This document shows, in pieces, positions 22,025 through 34,966 of a DNA stretch of 64,000 nt (the first letter of the stretch is position 1; every line of letters begins with the position of its first letter). The stretch is taken from assembly GCA_977017645.1 (NCBI GenBank), contig OZ360257.1, forward strand, positions 14,508,001 through 14,572,000. Direction: 5' to 3'. Below the pieces are notes generated by a model, which was given only the letters and a program-made list of their open reading frames with translations, searched no databases and was not told the DNA's origin. Made by a program: the position numbers and the translations under genes. This DNA is from Torpedo marmorata. Taxonomy: Eukaryota.

Positions 22025-25010
22025 GTAAGTGATTTTGCTGCGGTCTCCTCCGTTTGGTTCCTTATTGTCCGTATTCCGGAGGAGTTTCACCTCCTTACCG
22101 CGTGCAGTAATCACTGCAGATTGATACATGTTTCACTTACATTGAAGGAACTGTTGCATGATTTCCTGCCTCTACCGCCATCTGAAACAGAGCGGTTCTG
22201 ACTGGGACAGATAGAGAGAGAAAGTTGGTCAGCCGTCGCCCTGTCAGGATGTGAAGAATTATTGGACCTGAAGTTGTTGAAGAGAGTGAATGTACAGTCA
22301 TTGGAAAATAACACTGACTACCTACGTCAAGGGTGCCTCAGCAGAGACAGGTGAAGCAAATCTCAATGGTTTACTGTCAAGAATCCGGGCTAACAGAGAA
22401 CATGTCAGACGCCGCGTTCCGACCAGAGGTTGTCAGCATTCACAGACTGGACAGGGACCTGGATTCCGGCAAAGGCATTGGGCACAGTGTGTGATTTTCA
22501 GTTAATATCATCTGGTTCACGGATGTTGGGGTAATGTCGACCACATGTCGAACATTGTCTAGTCGTCCTGCACCCCTGGGCTTCTTTTAGACCATTGCTC
22601 TACTCGCTTTACATCTACGAATGCGTGACTCCACAGGTCATAAACTAAATTAAGCACAAATGTGCTGACAATACAACATTAGTGTGTCGTATCGAAAGGG
22701 GTGATGAGTTAGCATTCAGGATGGAGATTGAAAAAATGGCTGAATGGTGTATCGATAACTACCTCTCACTCAATATCACCAAAACCCAGGAGCTGATTTC
22801 AGAATATAAGAAGGGAAAACCAGCTGTGTACTATCATTTGGATATCAGAGGTGGAGAGAATTCTCATATTTCAAATCATGGGAGTCACAAACTCGAAGGA
22901 TATTTTTTGGACAAAACATACTTATGTCATCGTGAAGAAAGTATTTCACCGCCTCCACATACTAAGGAATTTGCCAAGGTTTACAGTCAGAGTTGGTGAA
23001 CTTCGGCAGATGTGTAGTGTAAATTGTTCGGACCGGTTGCATTACGGCTGGCAATGAGGATACCAATATATAAAAGCGAAAAAGTCCTGCAAAGGTTACT
23101 TTGCACAGAACAGTTCATCAGAGCAAACCTCTCCCCATCATCGAGAAAATCTACGTGGAACGCTGCTGTCCGAGAACAGCAGTAATCATCAAGAATCTCC
23201 CCCACCCACACCACTCTGCTCTCGATGCTGCCATCAGGAAAGAGGTGTAGGTGCGACAATACTCGTACTACCATGATCAAAAACATTGGGTATCCCTCCC
23301 CATCAGACAGCTGAACAGACTCAATCAGAAACTCTTTCAAGGACTCTTACTTTGCTCATTATTAATGACAATATTTTTTAATGTATTTACACATTCAGTT
23401 TGTTTACATTTATTTCTTTCTTTACCTGTCTCTCTTTTGTGTCCAGATAGTTTCCTTGAGAACAGTTTACACCATAGATCGGTGGAACGTCTTTCTTGTC
23501 CAAAGGAAAAAAACATAATCGCAGGGTTGCATTTGATGTCATGTATGTACACTGACAATATACTTGAAACTTGAAGGAGATGACACTCACCAGCTGCTCT
23601 CCTTTTGGTGGGACAATTCATACAAATGGTTTGTGGTCGGAGCCAACTTTCAGTTCGGATGTTCCACGAATTCGTGGTACCAGATGTTGAATATGCAGTC
23701 GAACAATCCCGTTATCCTTCGCACATCGTAACTCCATCTATTAAACATATAGCATAGAACATTACAGCAGCTCCGCGATGTTGTTCTGACCTCTATAAAC
23801 CTCATACACAACATCAGTTTTCCCCACCTCACACCCATGACTATTTATTTCTCTAACACCCGTGTACCTATCTAAGTGTGTTTTAAATGTCGCTGCCTTG
23901 CCCATCTCCACCACCAAACCATGCAATACATTCCAGGCGCTCACAATTTCTGAGTAAAACCAAAAACGTATCTCCGACATTTCCCCTAAACTCGCCTCCC
24001 CTCACCGGAATCAGATGTCATCTGGTTGCCCCAAGCGAAAGGTGTTGGCAGTCCAACCCATCCAGACACCTCATAATGTTATACCTCGATTAATTCACCT
24101 CTTACACCTTGTCGCTCAGAGAAAGCTTTAGCCCTGTCAACTTACCTTCACATGACAAGTTCTCCAATCCAGACATCACCTTTTCACCCTCTTCAGAGCA
24201 TATTCATCCTTCCTATAATGTGGCGACCGGAACTGAAAGCAACTATTGAATCGTGTATCGTCACGTGTTCGGAGAAAAGTGAAAAAGGGATTGTTCTGCT
24301 TGCTATCCAGGCAAATCAACCCATAACAATTACAGCAGGCAGTGCAAGGATAACAATTAGTAGAAGTGATACTGTTACAATAACAGTATAGCATGTCGTG
24401 TTAAAGACAATGGTGCTGTTAAGCAGTGCAAGGTATTACATTTTACTCATGAGACGTAGATTCAAGTGCCTGACAGCAGGAAGCTAAGCGCCCTTGAATC
24501 TAGGTGGGTGTGTTTGCAAAACTCGTGCTTCTTCCCCTCGACGGGAGGGAGAAGGAGAAACTGTTATGGGGGTGGAATTGAGATTTTAACATGTGGACGG
24601 ATTATCTATTCCGGAGGGGGTGGGAGGTTTGGACGGAGTCGATGGACGGGATGTTGCCTTGCTTGACAACCATGAGTTGCGTTCATTACTCTCCGTAGTT
24701 TCTTGAGACCCTGTGCAGAGCATTTTCCAACACAATCAGTGAATCACGCACACTGGATGCTTCCAATTCTGCATCTGCACACAAGAGTCAGGTTCAATGG
24801 GGCCATGCCGAATTTCCTCAGCCTCTGAGGCAGTGTAGGCGTTGCTGCGCTTTCCGTTCCGTACCACCAGTGTAATGTCAGCACATGCATCACTTACAGG
24901 AGCATGCCAATGAACCGGTGAGGATATTTCCAATGATTCCATTATTATAATCACGTTAAAGCCGTTGGCCTGATTTTCTGGTAGTTTACTGGTTTTCCGT
25001 CTTGTTACAG

Positions 25011-25912
25011 CTAACCTGCTCTCCATTGTGGTCCTGTCCCGGGGAATGTGCGGCCTCTCCAAAGGAGTGACTCGTTACATGGTAACCATGGCAGTTGCAG
25101 ACACAATGGTCTGTGTGTTTAACGTTATGTTGGGAAACGTCTTCCGCTATCATTTACCGCGTTCCATCCTGGCACACACCTCCACTTGCCGTCTGGCAGC
25201 CGTCATAGAGAGAACCAGCGTACAATTCTCTGTCTCGTCCACGGTATCATTCACAATCGACCGCTTCATTGCCATTTGTTGCCAGAAATTGAAAACAAAA
25301 TATTGTACCAAAAGGAACGCCGCGGTGATTCTAACGACGGTGTGTGTGCTTAGTTTTTTGATGCACATTCCAGCTTATTTCCAGTATGAACTCCAGTACG
25401 TTGTGGGTGATGTCCAATGGGGCTGCCGTACTATAACACAATATATTTCTTCACCAGCATGGCAGACTTACAGATGGTTGTCCAATATCTCGGTATCATA
25501 TGTGCCACTGCCGCTGATGTTGCTGTTGAATTCTCTCACCGCCAGACACATTTTACAGGTCAGCAGAGCTCGGAAGGCTTTGAAGCGCCGTGTGGACGGT
25601 GAGGTCCGTGATCCCGAGATGACGAGCCGGAGGACGTCCATTATCTTGCTTTTCGCCATCTCTGGGTCCTTCATAGCGTTGTGGACACCGGTTACGATAA
25701 TTGGCCTTTTTTCACAATTCACCGCACAGTTTGCGATCGACGCCCGGAAATCACTGTACCTGGCAATTAGAATCTCGATTCTGCTGATGTATTTGAGTTC
25801 CTGTGCAAACACTTGTGTTTATGCATTGACACAGAGGAGATTCCGGGAGGAAGTGAGGAAGTTGTTAAAATATCCATTTATTGTCCTAGTTCGGTTTTTT
25901 CAAACCAATTAA
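25011..25912 (+). CDS. GPR139-like GPCR type A copy 2, exon 2 (~317 aa spliced)
   Basis: Acceptor ttacag at 25010; intact 7TM frame (ORF 25028-25912) with DRF, WTP and NTCVY. Confidence 0.9.
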
Positions 25913-27810
25913 GCAGCCACGATGAATCAGAGTTCATGGCACTGTTCCTCAGTTCGTTTCCAATTTCGACTCTTGACGTTTCTGAAGCTTCCCCAGTTTG
26001 GTCAGCCCTGTAATACAAAGCACACCACACACACGATTCCCACACCAACATCTCTGTACGTGGCCTCATGTGCTGCCAAATAGAGGCCATCTGCAAATTG
26101 GAGGAACAACATTTTATATTCCGTCCTGGATGTCTCAAGCAGAATTCATCAATATCGAATTCGAATTTCAGTTATCAACACCTCCCTGTGTCTACCTCCT
26201 TCTATATCCCTCTGTTTCTTATACTCCAGGTCCATTTCACTGGTCAGCTTGTTTATCTTTTACCTTTCCACCTGTATAAATGTTACCGCTTACCCATTTA
26301 GCCTGTGCTCCCCCACCTTCTCATCCCTCACTCTTCACCTCCCGTTCCCCAATATTTTTAGAAAGGCGCCTGCCTGTTTTTCTGCCTTGTTCCCTGTGAA
26401 GAGCCCAGGCCTGAATGTTGGTTATCCTTTACTTTCTGTTGCTGCTGCGTGACCTGCTGAGCTTCTCCATCAGCCCAGCATCTGACGACTTTCTTGATTA
26501 ACGCTTATTTCTATTTCTTACCCTGAAGCTTTCATAAGCAAGGTTAGCGTAGCGGTTATTGCAACACTATCACAGCGCCAGAGACTCGGGTTCGAATCCA
26601 GCGCCGTCAGTTAGGAGGTTGTATGTTCTCCCCGTGCCTGCGTGGGATCCTTCGGGTGTTCCAGCTTCCTCCCACCCTTCAAAACGTACGAGTGCTGTAA
26701 GTTAATTGGGCTATTGGAGAAAACTGCGAACATTATATTGGTTTGGGTCTCTTCTGACGTTTCACGTTCAGGAATCTGTTTCGAGTGAGTGGAGGATCGT
26801 TTGGGAGATGTCAGAGATAGAATTTTACACAGAGAGTGGTGGGTGTCTCCAATGCATGGCCGAGAGTGGTGGCAGAGGTTTGCACAATAGAAACATGCTA
26901 ATGACTCTGATTTAGGCATCAGGGTGTGAAAAGTAGAGAGTTACTGGTGTAAAGTATGGAAGGTTTGGATGGTTGAGGAGTAGGTTTATATCGATCGGCG
27001 CAACTTCGTAGACCGAAGGAAATACACTGTGCCCCTTTGTTCTGTGTTATAAAATAGTCCCGTCTTAAATTAACGAACAAGGTGGTCGACACGGAAAGTC
27101 AGAATAAATTTTCTTTTCATGACCGTGAGCATAAATAAATATCAGATCATTTAGAAAAAGTGAAGGCGCTGCAAAAGATTTGTTATTTGCCTAATGGCGA
27201 CTACTGGATGGCCGGCCAGTGTAAATGTGTAAACAATTCAACGTCATGTTCAACGACGCATGAATCAAACGTTGCCAGTTTAATAATTAGATCAAAATCT
27301 ACTTCAGGTTTATTGTCACATATACAAGGATGATATGATCAAGGTTTTATTTGCAACATTCCAGTAGCCATATGATATATAGTTCAACAAGTGAGACACA
27401 ATAAAAAAATCAGAGTTACAGAGAAGAATAGAGGGAGAGTGTAGTGAAGAACATAGGGAGCGAGAGAGAGGGAGAGAGAGCGAGAGAGGGAGACGGAGAG
27501 GTAGAAGTAGATTTAGATCTGGGGGGAACGGATGAGGAAGGGTGGAGATAGAGGGAGAGAGAGAGAGATGGAGAGAGAGATTAACAGAGAGAGAGACAGA
27601 GATAGAGAGAGAAGTTGCTATGGACAAAAGCAGCATAATTTTACCATCTTCGGTCCCATCCACAAAGTGCAGGGAATTCTCAGCCGGTTTGGCGTCAGCT
27701 GTGTCAGAATCTTTAATTAAATTCTGTTGAAGAGCAGAATCGTACTTCATTGGTTCAAGCATTTGCAAATTATTTTCTTTTTCAATTCTTGAAAAAGACA
27801 GTACCCCAAA

Positions 27811-28412
27811 TGAAGTAACACTTCACTTGTACATCCAGAGAACTTATTTACTGCATCCGGTGCTCCCTTTGTGGCCTTCTCTACATTGGAGAGACCGGTC
27901 GTACATTGGTCGCTTCGCTGAGCACCTCCTCTCCGTCCGCAACAACAGTGACCTCCCAGTAGCCAGCCATTTCAATTCAAGTCACACTCCCACACTCACA
28001 TGTCTGTCCAAGCCTTATGTACAATCACTCCCAGACTACCCGCAAATTTGAGGAACAACATCTTATTTTCCGTCTGGGCACTCTCCAGCCAGATAGCATT
28101 AACATTGACTTTTCTGCTTTCCACTATACCTGCTCGCCTTATACTTCCCCTCCCCCTTACCTGTGCTTCCAGTTTTTCCACGCACCCAGCCATCCCTCCT
28201 CCCCTATTTGCTGCTGTCCCGTCCCTCCTTTCTCCACCTATCATCTCCTTTCTTTGCCACCCCCTTCCCCTCCCCTCACTCTTTTGTTCAGACGCCTGCC
28301 GGCATTTTCTCATACTTCGATGAAGGGCTCAAGCCCGAAACGTCGGTTATGTATTTCTACCTTTGCTGCATAAAATTGACCTGCTGAGCTTCTCCAGCAT
28401 TTGTGTTTTTTT
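27811..28412 (+). mobile_element. Penelope-like element 3' fragment (GIY-YIG end plus terminal region)
   Basis: HFTCTSRELIYCIRCSLCGLLYIGETG...FAEHL. Flanked by the direct repeat CCCCAAA (27804-27810 and 28413-28419); the empty site is visible at ~10228. Confidence 0.85.
28311..28351 (+). ncRNA. Minimal type I hammerhead ribozyme motif of a PLE (variant core)
   Basis: CATACTT-CGATGA-A-GGGCT CA AGCCC-GAAAC-GTC-GGTTATG: core CUGAUGA variant, stem II, GAAA and a GUC site, at the position expected for PLE hammerheads. Confidence 0.6.
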
Positions 28413-29237
28413 CCCCAAAAGCTGGTCAGAGTGGTGAAACAATACGGCCGAACTAGGAGATAATTTTGCGGAGTCTCTGCAAGAATGAGCAAATTATTGT
28501 AGTTCCGGGAGACCGGAATCGTGTCGATTCTGCCGCAAAAGACCCGCCTTTTCCCCAAGCAGCATATTTTATGGCTCAGAAGCTATTCACGCAGTTATTT
28601 TCAAAATGAGGTGTAATATTCGTTTTTCACCCCTCTGAGTCAAATTCAGATTTTCAAGGTGCGGCTTTCCGAAAGCAGGGTTCATAATGCTGAAAATTAT
28701 TATGTGCAGCAGTTTTTCCTGGATATGCAGAACAAATAACACATATATAGGTGCACTCGTCGATCGTTTGGGACCAGCGCAACATACTCAACGAAATACT
28801 GTAAACGATTTCTTGGAGATTTTGCAAACAAATTACAGTTTGTTATTTCTTATCGGAAATACTTGGTCTGATTTTTGTGTGGATTTAAAAATAATTACAT
28901 CTCCCAATTAAACGCAAAATGGTTAAAATATTTTTCAAGATGGCAAATCTGAATTTAAATAACACCAATGTACATTCAAATCACCGCAAACGCTTGCGTT
29001 TGTTCGCTCTTTCAGGAATTTGTATGTAAACGTCCTCATTGTAATAACGTCGACGTGCAAATATAATGTTGTTTGGAATGATTCATGCCCCTGATCAACC
29101 TCAGCAATTATGACTCGGCTTCACCTATTTCCTGAAATGAAAATCTGTGACGAATGAGTATCATCATGTGTTCATGTGTCACCAGAGGTTTACTTTATTT
29201 ATAAGTGAAGCGTTATTGTGAGGTCCAGTAAACTTAA

Positions 29238-31490
29238 ACGAAGCGACCAGTAATTGTACAGATCGAAAAAATACTATCCTATTCTTGAACAGTTAGTGAA
29301 CCTGGTAATCCATCTAAAATAAGCTAAAACAATTTATTACTCGAATCTTAATACATAGATCTTCCACCGGTGCAATGCTCTTGTCAATTGAATAGAGGCG
29401 TTGATTTTTTTCTGAGGTAAGTGTGCAACTTTAAAGAAACAACTCGCAAATATTCGAGTTGCTTTTCCAATTTTAACTTAACAAAATGCGGTGAAATAAA
29501 GTTTAGTGAATGAATGGAAATAGTTGATCTTGTAGCTTTGCATGTGGATAAATACTTTTAATGGGCGGTGCGCAGTCAAGCCAGCCACTCGGAAAGAATC
29601 CTCGCTGGCCGATGCAAAATACGGAAGTATGAGTGCTTTCCTGCTTCATAACAAAGCGATTTTACACCGCTCACGATAAATGTAATGCCCAGCCTGGTGG
29701 CTTTTGTTTCCTCAACTTACCTACAGCTTTAAGGACTTGTTGCAGCAGGAGCGGAGCAGCCTGATTGCTCCTATTGAAAACAGCAGGTTCATGGAGCTTC
29801 CCACTGCTCCACGCAGCTGCAGAGCGCGATAGAAATTAGGCTGCAATACCAACCCTGGATCTAAACTTATCCACAATTTTCAAAGGATTTGATCATGTCT
29901 CATCGTCTGATTGTAACTTCCATCGTGTCTACTATGGAGGAAGAGCTTCAAAAGAAAGACCTTCGATCAGCGGCAACAAGAACAGCGTTTGGAAAGCTAT
30001 TGGTAAAATTCCGAGGGCCAGAATGAATTTGCACTTGGATAGAAAGATATTGATTAGGGATAGTGCAAATCAATAAAAACTGTACACAGCGTATACATTT
30101 AAACAAATAAAGAAATGTAAACAGATAACGAGTTTAAGCAAACTGACTGTGCAATACAGAGAGAATAAAAAATAAAATAAAATGATGAAGTGCACAAGTA
30201 AGAGTCCTTAAATGAGTCCCTGATTCAGTTTGTTGTTGTGGAGTCTGATGGTGAAGGGGTAGCAGTTGTTCCTGAACCTCGTGGTGCGAGTCTTGTGGCT
30301 TGTCTCTTGTGTCTTGTGGGGAGATTGTGGAAGATTAAGGTCGACACATTGCCTCAGGACCATGCATCATGTTCAGCTCAGCGTGATCAAGGTTTGGCCC
30401 CATGACGTCAGGAGAGGTGGATCTGATCTCGGCTCCCATACAACATCAGCACAATAAAAGTGAAGGCGCACAGGTCTAAGTTGAGCAAGCGCTCGAAGTC
30501 CAATCGCGCTAACACCACTATCTTAATACTACCAGACACACGTGGTTCAATAATTATATAATTGCAGCAAATAAAGAAATTTCTGTTGTTCTGTGCCTCA
30601 GATCAGAGAACATTGTTGATCTTAATCTCCGTGTTCTGCAGCTAATGTGCTGCCAATCTTCATTCTGCTCCGTGGAAATTGTGGCCTCTCTAAATGCATC
30701 CCCCGGAATTTGCTGCGAACGGCAGCAGCTGACTGAATGGTTGTTACATTTGATCTGATTTTGTGCGAGATTATTGATGGATATTTTACACACTCGTTCT
30801 TCAAGCCGACACCTGTTTGTAGAGTTATTCTGACCATGCTGTTTATTTCCATTGACTGTTCCGTGTGGCTAACTGTTCCTTTCACGGTCGATCGATTTGT
30901 TTCTATTTGTCACTAAATGCAACGAGCAAAATATTGCATTGAAAACTGTAGCGACAGTGATGGTATTTTATTCAATCTGTGGAGAAAACATCCCATACTA
31001 TTTAATTTACGAACTTCGCGAAATAACTGATCACGTTGAAGTGTCCTGTTCTGTAAAATGAAGCTTATTCACGTCACCCATTCGGGCAGCTTTTCTCTGC
31101 TGGAAACAGTCTTGACCCCATTTTCTCCTAATGTATTGATCTTACTTCTACATTCCCTGACCATGAGGAACATTATACTTGCTGACCGAGTGACGAGCGA
31201 ATTCCGAGGAAGTAACAGGAACGGGAATCGCACTCACCCAGAGATGACGAAACACAGGAAATCGAAAAATCTGCTGCTCGTCATATCTCGCAACATGATC
31301 CTCTTGTGGATGGTTCAGGAGTTCGTTTGTTCGTCATCTGATTGTACCTTGACAAACCGACGGAACAGCGTTCTCCAGTCCACGCTGCAGAACAGTGCAA
31401 ATCAGGCTTTAGACATCACACACATACAGACAAATCGTTACATGCATACACTGCAAATGCACATATATTAAAATAAATATTCGTAATAAA
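29238..31490 (+). pseudogene. Type B GPCR pseudogene, copy 4
   Basis: Exon 1 remnant at 29238-29304; acceptor at 30641; exon 2 nearly identical to copy 3, with the same stops. Confidence 0.8.
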
Positions 31491-33377
31491 TAGTAGAGTC
31501 ACTGAGAGTTGTTTAGTCAGTCATTCAGCATTCCCACTGCCCGTGGGAAGAAGCTGTTTCTCAGCGTTGTGTTTCTGGCTCTGATACTCCTGCATCTTTG
31601 TTCCCGGCAGGAATAACTGGAAGATGCTGCGTGCGGGGTGAGAAGGGCTTCACTTATTTCGCGAGCCCTCAGTCATAAAAGGACCCGGTATTTCTATCGA
31701 TGGGATGTGGAGGGCTGGCGAGAGGTTGGAGGGCGACACCGGCAAATTCCCTGCCGCTTTTCTGGTCCTTTGGTTTGACCTCCAATCCGATGCCCCACAT
31801 CAACTGTGATGCAGCCGGTTAGGACGCTCTCGATAGAGTTCCTGCAGAAAGCTGACAGAATGATGGCCCGTACCCTTGCCCGTCTCAGTCTTCGCATGTA
31901 GTGCAGTCGCTGTTGGACCTTCCTGACTATTGAGGAGATGTTATGTGTCCAAAATAGATGACTTCATAAGTGGAATCCGAGGAACGTGATATATTCAGTG
32001 GAACATCAGGGGGACTTCTTGGCGAGTGGTGAGAGTGTTGTCGAGCAACCAGCTAAAGTGGTGAATGAGAGCTACATTTTGATATTAAAGAAAGATTTGT
32101 AAAGGTACATGGATTGGAGAGGTATGGAGGGATGTAGCCCTGGTGCATGTCAGTGGATCTATGCAGAATTGCACTTCGGCACGAATTAGATGGGCGGAGG
32201 ATCCCGTTTCTCTCCTGTTATATTCTTTGGTTAAGAAATAAAGGGATGTGGGAAATTTAAATGGAGCGCAATGTAGATCAGCTATGTTGTTTTAAATTTA
32301 CATCGATTTAGATGTTTTTATATTCTATATTTACAAATTACAAACAGGACTAGCCACCGGATCTGCAAATTATTTATCCAAAATCGTAGCTGATATATTT
32401 CTGCGCGTCTTTGCCTCGCTAAGAGGTCCCGAACAGAAATGTTGACTGACCATTTCTCTCCACAGATGCTGCCTGACTCGTTGGGAACATAGGCACATCA
32501 TAGCTCAATTCAGCACCTTCAGCCTACGATGTTGTACAGAAATATGTTACTGTACTCCACAGCAATCTAATTTTCCTCAACTTACACCCACAACCCTCTT
32601 ATCAGACCTTCCAGTTACTAGATATTAAAGAAGGATTCCAGCATCTGCAGTTCTTGTGATTCTAGTTACTTATATTTTAATATGTCACACGAATCTCCTT
32701 CATCTCCCTCCTCCTTATCTCCATCCCAGGATGGGGGCTCTCATCGCACCATCACCGCCTTGTCCCGTTGGTTTTTGTTGGTGTGGCGCATTCAATGGAA
32801 ATCTGTAAACATCGCCAGTAACTTTCCTGACCCTTGGTTCAGTTTCGCTTAACGTTCTGTTCTCTGTGGCAGTCGTTGAAATCATGGGAGAATTTCACCT
32901 GAAACTGAATGCGACACATCTTGGGTTGATCATGGATGGGACCTGTAAAATTAGATTCGCAAGTCTAAAAATGCAACTGACTATGATAGAAACGCTAATT
33001 GAAGCGACGACGTCAGTGCAGACGCATTGAAGTGTGACCAAATCTCCTCAGAGACGAGGATATATCGAAGCAAATGGAGATGTATAAACGCGACACTCCG
33101 GTGCCACGATTCAAGGTCACGTGTGGCAGGGAGCTCGCACCTGAACCTTGTTTATTGCGATCCCTCGGGTCAATTACTGTGGGCGGAGCTAATTCAGTCC
33201 ATAAATTTAGAATGAACTGGTACTGTCTGTTAAATCAAGTATGTGGAGATGTTATGTAATTTAATGTCCCAGTGGAAACGGCTGTCCTATAAATTGGGCT
33301 TCACAGTGAATCTCTTCGCTCTGGCACCTGGACCTGTGCTGCATAGAAAACGTTCCTATCCTCAAACGGTACCACGA

Positions 33378-33429
33378 ATGGACGCCACGGAGATCTTCTA
33401 TCCCATTCTTGCAATTGTCGGCATTCCTG
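33378..33429 (+). CDS. GPR139-like GPCR type A copy 3, exon 1
   Basis: ATG at 33378, MDATEIFYPILAIVGIP, donor gtaagt at 33430. Confidence 0.85.
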
Positions 33430-34073
33430 GTAAGTGATTTTGCTGCGATCTCCGCCGTTTGGTTCCTGGTTGTCCGTATTCCGGAGGAGTATCCCCTCTT
33501 TACATTTTACTCATGAGACGTCGATTCAAGAGCCTGACAGCAGGAAGCTAAGCGCCCTTGAATCTAGAGGGTGTGTTAGCAAAACTCGTGTTTCTTCCGC
33601 TCGACGGGAGGGAGAAGGAGTAACTGTTATGGGGGTGGAATGAATATTTTAACATATAGACGGATTATCTATTCCGGAGGCGGTGGGAGGTTTGGACGGA
33701 GTCGATGGACGGGATGTTGCCTTGCGTGACAACCACGAATTGCGTTCATTACTCTCCGTAGTTTCTTGAGACCCCGTGCTGAGCATTTTCCAACACAAGC
33801 AGTGAATCACGCGCACTGGATGCTTCCAATTCTGCATCTGCACAAAAGAGTCAGGTTCAATGGGGCCATGCCGAATTTCCTCAGCCTCTGAGGCAGTGGA
33901 GGCGTTGTTGCGCTTTCCGTTCCGTACCACCAGTGTAATGTCAGCAAATGCATCGTTTACAGGAGCATGCCAATGACCCGGTGAGGCTGTTTCCAATGAT
34001 TTCATTTTTATAATCACGTTAAAGCCGTTGGCCTGATTTTCTGGTAGTTAACTGGTTTTCAGTCTTGTTACAG

Positions 34074-34966
34074 CTAACCTGCTCTCCATTGTAGTCCTGT
34101 CCCGGGGAATGTGCGGCCTCTCCAAAGGAGTGACTCGTTACATGGTAACCATGGCAGTTGCAGACACAATGGTCTGTGTGTTTAACGTTACTTTGGGAAA
34201 CGTCTTCCGTTATAATTTTCCGCGTTCCATCCTGGCACACACGTCCACTTGCCGTCTGGCAGCCGTCATGCAGAAAACCAGCGTGCAATTCTCTGTCTTG
34301 TCCACGGTATCATTCACAATCGACCGCTTCATTGCTATTTGTTGCCAGAAATTTAAAACTAAATATTGTACCAAAAGGAACGCCGCGGTGATTCTAACGA
34401 CGGTGTGTGTACTTAGCTTTTTGATGCACATTCCAGCTTATTTCCAGTATGAACTCCAGTACGTTGTGGGTGATGTCCAATGGGGCTGCCGTACTATAAC
34501 ACAATATATTTCTTCACCAGCATGGCAGACTTACAGATGGTTGTCCAATATCTTGGTATCATACGTGCCACTGCCGCTGATGTTGCTGTTGAATTCTCTC
34601 ACCGCCCGACACATTTTACAGGTCAGCAGAGCTCGGAGGGCTTTGAAGCGACGTGTGGACGGTGAGGTCCGTGATCCCGAGATGACGAGCCGGAGGACGT
34701 CCATTATCTTGCTTTTCGCCATCTCTGGGTCCTTCATTGCATTGTGGACACCGGTTATGATAATTGGCCTTTTTTCCCAATTCACCACAGGGTTTGCAAT
34801 CGACGACCGGAAGTCACTGTACCTGGCAATTAGAATCTCGATTCTGCTGATGTATTTGAGTTCCTGTGCAAACACTTGTGTTTATGTATGGACACAGAGG
34901 AGATTCCGGGAGGAAGTGTCGAAGTTGTTAAAATATCCATTTATTGTCCTAGTTCGGTTTTTCTAA
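34074..34966 (+). CDS. GPR139-like GPCR type A copy 3, exon 2 (~314 aa spliced)
   Basis: Acceptor ttacag at 34073; intact frame to TAA at 34966, ending 3 residues earlier than copy 2. Confidence 0.88.

Noticed and set aside
25468-25812. Recurring antisense ORFs inside the receptor exons (also 7948, 34531, 41817, 54654)
   Set aside because: Shadow ORFs of a recently duplicated coding sequence, with no independent evidence.
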